Source of the DNA: Verrucomicrobiales bacterium
Lineage (GTDB): Bacteria > Verrucomicrobiota > Verrucomicrobiia > Verrucomicrobiales > V1-33
Assembly (NCBI GenBank): GCA_031411295.1
Contig: JANOAV010000086.1
Coordinates: 60,242-124,241 of the forward strand
Length of the DNA: 64,000 nt
Direction: 5' to 3'
Shown here: one piece after another, positions 10,701-18,819 of the stretch
How positions within the stretch are numbered: position 1 is the stretch's first letter
How the letters are laid out: every line of letters begins with the position of its first letter
Position numbers and translations under genes: made by a program
Notes under the pieces: generated by a model
What the model saw: the letters and a program-made list of their open reading frames with translations, nothing else
Database searches by the model: none
What the model was told of the DNA's origin: nothing

Positions 10701-11756
10701 GGGTATCGCTCTGAAGTGAACTTTGGCGCAGGGTTCACTATTGCGTCCTTCGGTCGCGTGCTCACAGGGAACCCCTTAGGGTCTCTTAAGCCTGAATTCT
10801 GGCCACAAACCACGCGCACGCCGGGCGCTGCAAATTCATCCGTCGTCGTCACACCGGTCATCATTAACGAGATTAACTACCATCCGCAGGACCTGTTAGG
10901 GTTGGATAACGTGAGAGATGAATTTGTGGAATTCCACAATCCCACCACCACCGCCGTGGACTTGAGCGGATGGCGACTGAAAGCAGCCAGCGATTTCACG
11001 TTCCCCAATGGAGCCACGCTGCGGCCAGGCGACTACATCGTAATCCTGGGCTTCGATCCCGCAGTGGACACGGCTTCCTTGGCTGCCTTCCGTGCGGCCA
11101 CGGGCATGGACGCCAGCGTGCCAGTCTTCGGCCCATTCACGCCCAAACTCCCCAACGACGAAGCGGAGGCGGAACTCGGCAAACCAGTGTTGCCAACAGG
11201 TTCATTCGTCAACGTGGACAAAGTCAGCTACATGGACGTGACCCCCTGGTCAACCCAACCCGACGGCCTGGGTGGCTCACTCCAGCGGATCAGCCGAACC
11301 ATCATCGGTAATGATCCCGCCAACTGGGGCGGTGCTGTCCCGACTCCCGGAAGAGTGAACAGCAGCCAGCCCCCAATCACCGACAACGATGGCGACGGCA
11401 TCCCTAACGCCTGGGAACTAGCCAACGGCTTGGATCCCTACAGCGCCAGCGATGCCGCGCTGGATTCCGATGGCGATGGCCAAAGCAACGTGAACGAATA
11501 CCTCGCGCAAACCAATCCCAAGAGTGCCGCAGACGTCCTCAAAGCCACCTGCACCCTCGGTAGCCCCAACAACGTCATTTCCTTCACAGCCAAAGCCAAC
11601 GTCACCTACAGCATCCTCGTCAGCAGCGACCTCAACCCCACCACCTGGACGAAGCTAACCGACATCCCCGCCGGAGCCGAACGCCCCATCACCGTGAATG
11701 ATCCGGCCACACCCAACCGCAGATTCTACAAACTAACGACGCCACAGGTGCCTTGA
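4734..11756 (+). CDS. Secreted multidomain protein: LamG, three FN3-like repeats, lamin-tail domains, CotH kinase-like domain, Ca-binding DxDGDG repeats, C-terminal domain
   Basis: Signal peptide (..AFWCGQAHA). LamG motifs (FWSFDETTG, WYHVVYVR, GSVDEVAYY). Several VINE(I/W/L)..EF(V/I)E lamin-tail motifs. CotH motifs (FRLHGSRY..YKLRF, WDD..QNHFF..FPWDFD). DNDGDGIPNAWE/DSDGDGQSN repeats. The track start is TTG 4728; ATG 4734 preferred. Confidence 0.85.
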   Translation: MKFPHFVTCLRPIILSALAFWCGQAHAGNSIYNSAVLADGPLTFWSFDETTGTVANDSATAAGAPQQGAQNGSYENCTLGAPSGAVNLGTCITLNGTSARARFPYVSFFDLAAGDFSVELWYKTTSTARGDIFNFKNTNDFGIFANQAGNGTIGGWHNGFLPGIATVPINNWYHVVYVRTGGNITLYVNGVASGSQANAQSMSSGAEITVGDNKGGSWFAGSVDEVAYYPSALSAARVAAHYAAASQTSANAPVVLTGSATSIVGTSATLNGSFSAVGSPNPNVTIYWGPTNGGTVPANWANTVNLGAQSGAFATTITGLAPATTYYFIAYASNASGTSYGAPGSSFVSANGPPAVSNVAATNILASSATIGAQVTNTGGVTPVVTVYYGTTDGGTTVGNWANSVSLGTLNGTGTANISNLTMNSTYYFRALATNTAGSTWAASSGTFATPVASLPSVANSAATDITGYSASLRGTVTATGNDPPVVKIYYGTTDGGSTVGSWTSNVTLPAQPANFAKAVGGLAANTTYFYRAWAQNSAGSVWASSSSSFATTGFTPRSLVINEIHYHPVEEDAFNPDGTPTLDLTNDVHEFVEIYNNTGSPIVLDGFKLAGGIGFTFPVGTTITAGGYRVIAKNPARLMTVYSGLTNVLGPYTGTLGNNGDTVRIENGSGNLVDEVTYEAAFPWANGADAMGAAEDFTLVSPTPYQYKGRSLQRVSVTAESSDPANWLASPLGSAPTPGAVNAVSLAVPAPVGVSFSAVQSADDAALIRAAATVRVTFTLTSTAGLFNPQVEYFVDNINSFAEVHSFVSLTGIGNNQFTAVLPGQVDRSIVRYRFLGNLGAGMVQLVPRMDDAKIVPVSFTGREAWCSYFVTPVRTSTNSIYDLFVSNDGTATNPGAPFNGLNGLQTMGYNSLGNPKRATTADTNGVPRDVPYVPATAQLWNGSVPAIFVENGRVRDAHFRLHGSRYNRSPTRQTYKLRFSDTERYQDADSEFITDKSDYFSVMHGLYQNANLPISAVRWIDWYMNGDAKVVKLEQGEYNGDLLDKFHTAQAALNPGTPKEASGEFYKDVGIISSFGEEGPYSTGDGRPLVGSGLWSTVQKYQWTYLMQSNSWKGATQMKNFFENMWAARADTVAAPNPNVPALRAYLDSVMDVDTELTSMAILNWACPWDDTSQNHFFWQRANGKWAHFPWDFDGFFGNGDTTGANSWIYLGENGTPSPATNTYGTVLGNNFRGPNYFKDSFLKAYRTEYNARLWVLNNTYLHPDTLKTIFFTTGTGAPQSYYSYINAVKAGFCEGRFNSVNVQLGKAADGSDFLRPAKPTNAAPLAGSTALPASNMTASAYTHSSGNTTGGNAHTKSKWELRHSAGTYLAPIMVTTSTTNLTSMPIPFADLTFGQTYFWRVTYIDASDHPSLTSAETSFIYGPQASSQTIINFGDAWKYNNSTAFTDNSWAQPAFNDSAWTNGNGVFLQSGEPILAPGAAGTVVPAPGTLTPAGRAYLFRKHFNFPANPLTATIRIRHYVDDGCVIWINGQKVHRYFMNEQANYTTAEFDAAAAGPGEAAYQYADAVTNTTNFAYIDPRPFMVQGDNVIAVEVHQVNATSSDIVMGLEMTAVLPALAGDVVINEILANGGGAADYIELKNNTNAVVSLTNHGLTDDILNPTRYVFPAGTTIPANGYLRIYCDNDLLTPGLHTGFGLSSGGQAVVLTNAGTLRDRVPFGPQARGLSIGRVPDGTGGFVLTTPSPLATNIAVATLGSTANLRVNEWMASPAHGDDWFEIYNTDANPVALAGLYLSDTPSTPLLTQIPALSFIAGKGYADFVADGSTTGFNRCNFKLSGSGERILITSTSGAATLDSVIFGTQQTNVSQGRLPDGGGTILAFPFSSSREGSNWLESQVVVNELQNSSGIADDFIELKNLSAAAINISGWWLSDDGDVRQKYQFPSGTIIPAGGLLSIFQTQFGAGTIPFAFSASGEKAVLTAVSGGLETGYRSEVNFGAGFTIASFGRVLTGNPLGSLKPEFWPQTTRTPGAANSSVVVTPVIINEINYHPQDLLGLDNVRDEFVEFHNPTTTAVDLSGWRLKAASDFTFPNGATLRPGDYIVILGFDPAVDTASLAAFRAATGMDASVPVFGPFTPKLPNDEAEAELGKPVLPTGSFVNVDKVSYMDVTPWSTQPDGLGGSLQRISRTIIGNDPANWGGAVPTPGRVNSSQPPITDNDGDGIPNAWELANGLDPYSASDAALDSDGDGQSNVNEYLAQTNPKSAADVLKATCTLGSPNNVISFTAKANVTYSILVSSDLNPTTWTKLTDIPAGAERPITVNDPATPNRRFYKLTTPQVP

Positions 11757-11783
11757 GTTGGAGCGCGTTTGAAGCCTCACAAC

Positions 11784-11909
11784 GTAGCGGGAGTGCCCTC
11801 GCTCCCATTCATTGCCTCGGAGACGCCCTCGTCCCCGGTGATTGCTCCCGCTGGACTGGGAGCGGTGGCGCTTCTTTTACGATGTGGTGAGCGAGGGCGC
11901 TCACCCTAC
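11784..11909. repeat. GTAG-type REP doublet (REPIN-like)
   Basis: GTAGCGGGAGTGCCCTCGCTCCC (11784-11806) and an inverted partner GGTGAGCGAGGGCGCTCACCCTAC (11886-11909), each itself a hairpin, with degenerate copies in between. Confidence 0.6.
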
Positions 11910-12173
11910 AGTGATATCCGCCTAGATAATCTGCTGGCCATGGACAGGCAGCTGTGCGTCGCTGAGTGGATTCATTTTCCCGCCCTATGAAACAGGCTTG
12001 CCATGGTCCCCCTTCCGTCTTCGTCCACCCGGTGAGCAGGGAGGCGTTGGTGGGGTTCGTGAAATATTTTTTGCAACCATTCAGCGGTCTGGGAGTTTGA
12101 ATGAGCGTGCGCATTTCGTCGCCACGATCGGAGTCGGACTAGCCGCGCATTACCCAACCAACCTATCCATCAT

Positions 12174-12551
12174 ATGAAAAAAATTACCTCCCTCCTGGCT
12201 CTCGCAGCCTTCACATTCTGCCAAGCCCAAGCTGAAGACAAGCCTGCCAGCCCACCTCCTGGCGAAGGCGGCGGACCAGGCAAAGGCCGTCCTTCTCCTG
12301 AGAAGATGATTGAGCACCTCGACACCGATAAAGATGGGTTTATCTCTGAAACCGAATTCAAAGCCGGTCCGCGCGCCAAGGAGAATCCAGAAAAGGCTGC
12401 AGAGATCTTCAAAAAGATGGACACCGACAAAGACGGCAAACTTTCGCTCGATGAAATCAAGAAAGCTCCTCGTCCCCAAGGCCCACCTCCCGGTGGCGAA
12501 GGCGGCAAAGGCAAGGGTGACCGCAAAGGCCCACCCCCAGCAAATAAATAA
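12174..12551 (+). CDS. Secreted EF-hand calcium-binding protein
   Basis: Signal peptide, two canonical loops (DTDKDGFISETE, DTDKDGKLSLDE) and Gly/Pro/Lys-rich tails. Confidence 0.88.
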   Translation: MKKITSLLALAAFTFCQAQAEDKPASPPPGEGGGPGKGRPSPEKMIEHLDTDKDGFISETEFKAGPRAKENPEKAAEIFKKMDTDKDGKLSLDEIKKAPRPQGPPPGGEGGKGKGDRKGPPPANK

Positions 12552-12580
12552 TCCCCCCACAGTAACGCAAGTTCTGTGCG

Positions 12581-12616
12581 AAGGCACCCCGAGGCAGCCG
12601 GGGTGCCTTTTTTGTT
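12581..12616 (+). terminator. Rho-independent terminator
   Basis: AAGGCACCCCG / CGGGGTGCCTT stem followed by a T-tract, 30 nt after the EF-hand stop. Confidence 0.85.
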
Positions 12617-12840
12617 GGTTAGACGTCGAGTTCCAACGATCAGAAAATCTTAAGCACTGGTGAATTTTTCTGATTGGGGTGGAACCGATGATTCAGGCAG
12701 GGCATGCAGGCCCGCTGGGCCGAGCTGGAAAGAGTTGCGCCGTCCAGGAGCAGCCCAGCGGACTGCTCCACACTCGTTGGCTCGGAACTTACACTGCTTA
12801 TTTGTCCCAGCCCTAAAATTTTCGGCTGATTTTCCGGAAG

Positions 12841-14499
12841 ATGCCTGCATGGTGGCGGCTCATGGTGTTTATCTCCCGATCTCTCTGTTACCTTTTCTGC
12901 CTGCTGGGCTGTGTTTCCTGTCAAAAACGGGAATCGCTGGCTACCGTGGCTGCGCGGCAAAAAATCCTCCTCAAAGGGAATGGTGGGGAACCGCGGAGCT
13001 TGGACCTGCATTTGATCCAAACGACCACCGAACACCAACTGATCACCTCCATGTTCGAGGGGTTAGTGAACGAGGACGCGTCCGACGACACCAAGGTGCA
13101 ACCTGGGGTGGCGGAGACATGGGAATCACTTGATGGCGCTGCGCGCTGGATCTTTCATTTGCGAACAACGGCAAAATGGTCGGACGGCACGCCACTGGTG
13201 GCCGAGGATTTCGTGAAGACCTACAAACGTCAGCTCTCCCCGAACTTTGGGGCGCTCTACGCCGACATGCTTTACAAGCTGAAGAACGCCGAGGACTATC
13301 ATCAGGGCAAAATCAGCGATTTTGCCCAAGTGGGCGTTAAAGCTTTGGATTCACATACCCTGGAGCTGACGTTTAATGGCCCGCTGCCGTATTTGCTCCA
13401 AGTGCTGACGCATTTCACCTGGTCACCGTTGCCGACGCACGTCATCGAGAAATACGGGGACTTGGAAAGTCGCTTCAACCTCTGGACCCGCCCCGGCAAG
13501 ATGGTGGGGAATGGTCCGTTCCAGTTGAAGGAATGGAAATTTAAAGAATACATCGAGGTGGAGCGCAATCCGCACTACTGGAATGCAGCCAAAGTGAAGC
13601 TGAACGGCGTGCGCTTCGTGGCCGTGACGGATCTGGCCACCGAAGAGCGCATGTTCCGCAATGGCCGGCTGCATATCACCGAGCAGATGGGGTTGGACCG
13701 GATTCCTTTTTACCGCAGTAAGTTTCCTGACTTACTGCGCATCAACCCTTATCTCGGAGTCTATTTCTTCAGAATCAATGTCACCAAGGAAGCCTTCAAA
13801 GATCAGCGGGTGCGCTGGGCGCTGAATTTGGCGGTGGACCGGGACACGCTGGTAAACCAGACACTGCAGGGGGCGCACCAACCGGCCTATGGCTTGACCC
13901 CACCCATGCAGGCTCCGTATAAATTACCGCGCCCCCTAACGTTTGATGTGCCGAAGGCGCAGAAACTACTCGCAGAAGCAGGTTATCCCGGCGGTCAGGG
14001 CTTTCCTAAATTCAGCATCCACGTCAATGATGTGGAATCCCACGTATTGATCGCCCAAGTGCTGCAGGATATGTGGAAACGCAATCTAGGACTGACCGTG
14101 GGCATCCGCACCGAGTCGTCGAATGTCTTCTACGACACCCAAATCCGCTTGGACTACGAGGTCTCCCGGGCGGGCTGGATTGCAGACTTCATTGAGCCGA
14201 TTACCTTCTTGGACATGTGGACCACCGGGAATCAGAACAACAACACGGGTTGGTCCAGTCCCAAATTCGACCAACTGATGCGCGATTCCTACGTGACCGC
14301 TGATCCTGCGGCTCGTGGGAAAATCCTGGAGGAGGCCGAAAATTTGTTCATGCAGGAACTGCCGATCATTCCGATCTACTGGTATAACAAGCAACGCTTG
14401 GTGCATCCAGCGGTCAAAGGATGGAATGAAAAATTGTTGGATAGTCACCCGTGGGATCAAGTGGATCTGGGCGAGGAAATTTTACCGGAGATCAAATAA
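12841..14499 (+). CDS. oppA: Oligopeptide ABC transporter substrate-binding protein
   Basis: GNGGEPRSLD, MFEGLV, PGVAETW, KWSDGTPL.AEDF, GNGPFQLKEW, ERNPHYW. Exact start uncertain (12841 or 12862). Confidence 0.9.
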   Translation: MPAWWRLMVFISRSLCYLFCLLGCVSCQKRESLATVAARQKILLKGNGGEPRSLDLHLIQTTTEHQLITSMFEGLVNEDASDDTKVQPGVAETWESLDGAARWIFHLRTTAKWSDGTPLVAEDFVKTYKRQLSPNFGALYADMLYKLKNAEDYHQGKISDFAQVGVKALDSHTLELTFNGPLPYLLQVLTHFTWSPLPTHVIEKYGDLESRFNLWTRPGKMVGNGPFQLKEWKFKEYIEVERNPHYWNAAKVKLNGVRFVAVTDLATEERMFRNGRLHITEQMGLDRIPFYRSKFPDLLRINPYLGVYFFRINVTKEAFKDQRVRWALNLAVDRDTLVNQTLQGAHQPAYGLTPPMQAPYKLPRPLTFDVPKAQKLLAEAGYPGGQGFPKFSIHVNDVESHVLIAQVLQDMWKRNLGLTVGIRTESSNVFYDTQIRLDYEVSRAGWIADFIEPITFLDMWTTGNQNNNTGWSSPKFDQLMRDSYVTADPAARGKILEEAENLFMQELPIIPIYWYNKQRLVHPAVKGWNEKLLDSHPWDQVDLGEEILPEIK

Positions 14500-14501
14500 C
14501 C

Positions 14502-15425
14502 ATGGTGCGCTATATCATAAAACGCTTTGTGCAGTCGTTGCTGGTAATCTGGGCCGTGGTGACGGCGGCATTTTTCATGATCAAGGCCACCCCCGGCAAT
14601 CCCTTCGCTTCTGACAAGGCCTCCACCAAATTTGTCGTGGAGCAGAATATGAAGATTTACGGATTGGATAAGCCGCTCAGCGTGCAGTATGTCCGTTTCT
14701 GGAACAACGCCTTGCAGGGAGAGTTCGGTTATTCCTTCAAATACGAAGGTCGGTCGGTGCGGGAGATCATTGCGGATTCGTTTCCCACGTCCCTCAAGCT
14801 GGGGCTGCTGGCGCTGGCGTTTGCCGTGCTCTGGGGCGTGCCGATTGGCGTCTATGCCGCCGTGCGGCAGAATACGTGGCAGGATTTCCTGCCCATGGGG
14901 CTGGCAATGTTGGGGGTGGGTTTGCCGAGTTTTGTGATGGGGCCGCTGCTGGCGTTGCTCTTTGGGTTGAAGTTAGGCTGGTTCAATGTGGCGGGCTTAA
15001 CCGATTGGTCAGACTGGGTGCTGCCCTCCGCTACCATCGGATTTTTCTATGCGGCGTATTTCGCCCGCATGGCGCGCGGAGGCATGCTGGAAACGCTGTC
15101 GCAAGACTTCGTGCGCACCGCCAAGGCCAAGGGGGTGCCGGGCTGGCGGATCGTCATGTTCCATGCGCTCCGCGGGGGCTTGCTCCCCGTGCTTTCGTTT
15201 CTGGGGCCGGCTCTGGCGGGCTTGGTCGTGGGTTCCTTCGTGGTGGAGACGGTATTTCTCATTCCAGGATTGGGACAACATTTTACCGAGGCCGCCCTCA
15301 ACAAGGACTATTCGGTGGTGCTGGGCACTGCTGCTTTCTACTGCACGCTGCTGGTGCTGGCTAATTTCCTGGTGGACATTCTGCAGGTGTGGCTGAACCC
15401 CCGACTCCGTTTCTCTGACGCATGA
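14502..15425 (+). CDS. oppB: Oligopeptide ABC transporter permease
   Basis: MVRYIIKRFVQSL, PGNPF, YGLDKPL..QY and the EAA loop DFVRTAKAKG; ATG lies 2 nt after the oppA stop. Confidence 0.92.
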   Translation: MVRYIIKRFVQSLLVIWAVVTAAFFMIKATPGNPFASDKASTKFVVEQNMKIYGLDKPLSVQYVRFWNNALQGEFGYSFKYEGRSVREIIADSFPTSLKLGLLALAFAVLWGVPIGVYAAVRQNTWQDFLPMGLAMLGVGLPSFVMGPLLALLFGLKLGWFNVAGLTDWSDWVLPSATIGFFYAAYFARMARGGMLETLSQDFVRTAKAKGVPGWRIVMFHALRGGLLPVLSFLGPALAGLVVGSFVVETVFLIPGLGQHFTEAALNKDYSVVLGTAAFYCTLLVLANFLVDILQVWLNPRLRFSDA

Positions 15426-16327
15426 AATCAGCCCATCCTAACATCGAGTCTTTTGAGCACGGCACCTCGTTGTGGGTGGATGCCTGGCATCGCTTCCGGC
15501 AGAATTGGCTGGCGGTGCTCTGTGGCATCATGTTCCTCGCCATTGCCCTGACGTGCTTTCTGGGACCCCTCGTTAGTCCGTATTCCGAATCGCTGACAGA
15601 CCTGGCGCTGAAAGCGACGCCCCCCAGCCGGGACCATTGGTTCGGGACGGATCAACTCGGGCGGGATTTACTGGTAAGAGTGCTTTATGGCGGGCAAATT
15701 TCCCTGGCCGTAGGCTTACTGGCCTCGTTGGTCTCCGTGATCATTGGCGTGGCTTACGGGGCCACAGCTGGTTACCTGGGGGGAAAGACGGATGATGCCA
15801 TGATGCGCTTCGTGGACGTGCTCTTCGGAATTCCCTTTATCATTTTCGTCATCCTATTGCGGGTCGTGCTCGCGCCGTATCTTGACTCCTCTGGCAAGCG
15901 ATTGCTGGTGCTGTTTCTTGCCATTGGCGTGGTGGAATGGCTAACGATGGCGCGGATTGTGCGGGGGGTGGTCTTGTCCTTGAGTAAAATGGAATTTACC
16001 GAAGCGGCCCGCTCTCTGGGACTGAGCAGCCGTCGCATCATTTTCCATCATCTGGTGCCGAACACGCTGGGACATGTGATAGTCTATGCCACTCTAACCG
16101 TTCCGGCAGTGATGTTGACCGAGGCCGTGCTCAGCTTCCTGGGGCTGGGCGTGGAGCCCCCCCAAAGCTCCTGGGGCCTGTTGATCAAAGAGGGCACTGC
16201 GGCCATGGAGACGTTCCCGTGGCTGTTGATTTTCCCAGCCTTGTTTTTCTCTGTCAGCATGTTCTGCTTGAATTTTGTGGGCGATGGCTTGCGCGATGCC
16301 CTGGACGTAAAAGGAGCCAAAGATTGA
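15422..16327 (+). CDS. oppC: Oligopeptide ABC transporter permease
   Basis: HWFGTDQLGRD, EFTEAARSLG, LSFLGLG, GDGLRDALD; ATGA overlap with oppB. Confidence 0.92.
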   Translation: MKSAHPNIESFEHGTSLWVDAWHRFRQNWLAVLCGIMFLAIALTCFLGPLVSPYSESLTDLALKATPPSRDHWFGTDQLGRDLLVRVLYGGQISLAVGLLASLVSVIIGVAYGATAGYLGGKTDDAMMRFVDVLFGIPFIIFVILLRVVLAPYLDSSGKRLLVLFLAIGVVEWLTMARIVRGVVLSLSKMEFTEAARSLGLSSRRIIFHHLVPNTLGHVIVYATLTVPAVMLTEAVLSFLGLGVEPPQSSWGLLIKEGTAAMETFPWLLIFPALFFSVSMFCLNFVGDGLRDALDVKGAKD

Positions 16328-16797
16328 TGAAACCGCACCGACTGTTATTTGTTTGCCTGGGCAACATTTGTCGCTCCCCCGCTGCCGAAGGCGTGATGCG
16401 GCATCTGGTGGCGGAGGCTGGGGTGGCGGAGCAATATGTGATCGACTCTGCAGGCACGGGGGATTGGCACACCGGCCAGCTGCCAGATAACCGCATGCGC
16501 CAACACGGAGCCAAGCGTGGTTATGCGTTCGACAGCAGAGCCCGCCAGGTGCGTCCGGATGACTTCACGAACTTCGATCTGATTTTAGTCATGGATCGGC
16601 AGAACCTGAGGGATATCCGCGAGTTCGCCCCGCGTGCCACCGACATGGTCAAAGTCCGCCTCTTCTGTGATTACGTGAGTGATCGCCCCGAAACAGAAGT
16701 GCCGGACCCATATTACGGTGGTTCGGATGGCTTCGAAATCGTTTTGGACTTGGCAGAAAATGGCGCCCGCGGTCTGCTTAAAGCGCTCTCCGCATAA
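16327..16797 (+). CDS. Low-molecular-weight protein tyrosine phosphatase
   Basis: FVCLGNICRSPAAE P-loop, DSAGT, FDLILVMD, VPDPYYG; TGATG overlap with oppC. Confidence 0.93.
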   Translation: MKPHRLLFVCLGNICRSPAAEGVMRHLVAEAGVAEQYVIDSAGTGDWHTGQLPDNRMRQHGAKRGYAFDSRARQVRPDDFTNFDLILVMDRQNLRDIREFAPRATDMVKVRLFCDYVSDRPETEVPDPYYGGSDGFEIVLDLAENGARGLLKALSA

Positions 16798-16846
16798 TCC
16801 ACCGTGACCGGTCGCGACTCTCTGGCGCATTCATTTCCGTAACCCC

Positions 16847-17731
16847 ATGAAGAAATCCCCCACCCCCATCTCCGTCCGCACTGGCAACATCCAGTTCTTG
16901 CGCACGAATTCGAATCGTCGCGAGTGGCGGGACATTTACCGGACGGTCTTGGCACTGACTTGGCCGCGTTTTGCACTCGTGGTCTTGTCGATTTATCTGG
17001 GGCTAAATCTCTTGTTCGCCACGGCTTATCTCCTGGGCGGGGATTGCATTGCGGAAATGGAACCAGGCTCGTTCACCAGCGCCTTCTTCTTCAGTGTGCA
17101 GACGCTCTCCACGGTGGGGTTCGGGCACCTGTATCCCGCCACGCTCTACGGAGACATCATCACGACCATCGAAATTGTGGTTGGCATGTTCTTCACGGCC
17201 GTGGTGACGGGATTAATTTTCGTGCGCTTTTCCCGTCCGGTCGCACGGCTGTTGTTCAGTCGGTCTATGGTCATCTGTCCGTTTAATGGCAAGCCCTCCC
17301 TACAACTACGGGTGGCCAATCAACAGCACGAACCCATGGTGGAAGCAGAGTTTCGCTTGATGCTGATTCGCAAAGAACAAGTGCTGGAAGACGATGATGT
17401 GCGACGTTTCTACACGCTGAAGCTGGAATACGAGCGGGTCATCGTGTTCCCTTCCGCGCTGACGATCCGACACTTGATCGACGAGAGCAGCCCGCTCTTC
17501 GGCGTGACCCCGGAACAATTGCAGCAGTGGGAGGCGCGTTTCCTAACCTCTATTGTTTGCATCGACACCGTGATCCAAGCACCGGTGCAGAGTCATTTTG
17601 ATTACACCTGGCGAGACGTTTGTTTCGACCATCGTTTTGTCGAAATTTACACGGACCGGGCAGATGGAGCTTACGAAGTGGACTACGGACGGGTTCACGA
17701 GACTGAACCGGTGCCAAGAGTTGGTTCGTAG
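16847..17731 (+). CDS. Inward-rectifier potassium channel (KirBac family)
   Basis: Two TM helices, pore FFFSVQTLSTVGFG, RFSRP, and a cytoplasmic Kir domain (LRVAN, HLIDESSPL, F.EI). Confidence 0.92.
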   Translation: MKKSPTPISVRTGNIQFLRTNSNRREWRDIYRTVLALTWPRFALVVLSIYLGLNLLFATAYLLGGDCIAEMEPGSFTSAFFFSVQTLSTVGFGHLYPATLYGDIITTIEIVVGMFFTAVVTGLIFVRFSRPVARLLFSRSMVICPFNGKPSLQLRVANQQHEPMVEAEFRLMLIRKEQVLEDDDVRRFYTLKLEYERVIVFPSALTIRHLIDESSPLFGVTPEQLQQWEARFLTSIVCIDTVIQAPVQSHFDYTWRDVCFDHRFVEIYTDRADGAYEVDYGRVHETEPVPRVGS

Positions 17732-17736
17732 CTGAA

Positions 17737-18819
17737 TTACGATGCGTTGATGGTCGGGTAGTCGGTGTAACCCTTGGCATCATTGCTATAGAAAGTGCTG
17801 CCGTCTGGTTCGACCAATGGGTGACCACCTTGAATCCGCGCAACGAGATCTGGGTTGCTAACGTAGTGATGCCCGAAGGCAACTGCCGCCAGGGAGCCAT
17901 CCGTGATCGCTGCGGCGGCTTCGGTCGGGGTGTAGCCCATGTTTCCAACCAAAGCGCCTTGAAATGCCGCGCGGGCTGCCGAAACCACATCGCCTTGTTG
18001 CAGCCCGAAGAAATCTCCGCGCATCAAATGCAGATAGGCAATACCACAAGCGTTGAGCTGGCTGGCCACATAGGAGGTTAGGCCCACGGGATCGCTGTCG
18101 CGCATGTCGTTGTAGCTGTTCAGCGGAGAAATTCGCACCCCCACCCGATCCGCTCCCCACACGCTGATCACCGCGCCCGTGACTTCAAGGAGTAAGCGGG
18201 CGCGATTCTCTAACGAACCGCCATACGGGCCACTGCGTTGGTTGCTGCCGTCGCGCAAGAATTCATCCAGCAAATATCCATTGGCTCCGTGGACTTCCAC
18301 GCCATCGAAGCCCGCCGCTTTCGCGTTCTCGGCTGCTTTGCGGAAGCCGGCAATAATCGTGGGGAGTTCATCATCACGCAATTCCCGTGGAATCTCATAG
18401 GGCTTCTTTCCTTGTGGCGTATGCGTTTCATCGTTAGTGATGCGCAAGGGGCTGGGCGCGACCGGTTGCGCCCCGTTGTTCAAGAGTGAATGACAAGCGC
18501 GACCACCGTGCCAGATTTGCAGAATGATCTGTCCTCCATTGGCATGCACTGCGTCGGTGACTTTTTTCCAAGCGGCCACCTGAGCCTCGGAATAAATGCC
18601 GGGTTCGCGCGCTCCGAAGGCAGAATTTCCCTCGATGGCCATCGTCGCCTCAGCTACGATGAGGCCAGCGCTGGCACGCTGCGCATAATATTCGGCCATG
18701 ATGGCGGTGGGCACATGATCGGCGTCCGCACGGCAACGCGTGAGGGGTGCCATGAGAATACGATTTGGGAGCGCTAACGCACCGAGTTTTACGGGAGTGA
18801 AGAGAATGGAGTTGGACAT
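17737..18819 (-). CDS. nemA: Old yellow enzyme-family alkene reductase (NemA-like)
   Basis: NRILMAPLTRCRA, YYAQRASAGLI, QIWHGGR, GFDGVEVHGANGYLLDEFL, YGGSLENRAR, GYTDYP. Confidence 0.9.
   Translation of the reverse strand: MSNSILFTPVKLGALALPNRILMAPLTRCRADADHVPTAIMAEYYAQRASAGLIVAEATMAIEGNSAFGAREPGIYSEAQVAAWKKVTDAVHANGGQIILQIWHGGRACHSLLNNGAQPVAPSPLRITNDETHTPQGKKPYEIPRELRDDELPTIIAGFRKAAENAKAAGFDGVEVHGANGYLLDEFLRDGSNQRSGPYGGSLENRARLLLEVTGAVISVWGADRVGVRISPLNSYNDMRDSDPVGLTSYVASQLNACGIAYLHLMRGDFFGLQQGDVVSAARAAFQGALVGNMGYTPTEAAAAITDGSLAAVAFGHHYVSNPDLVARIQGGHPLVEPDGSTFYSNDAKGYTDYPTINAS

Noticed and set aside
11769..12157. Small ORFs after the first exoprotein
   Set aside because: They overlap the REP-like element and probable promoter DNA and show no protein features.
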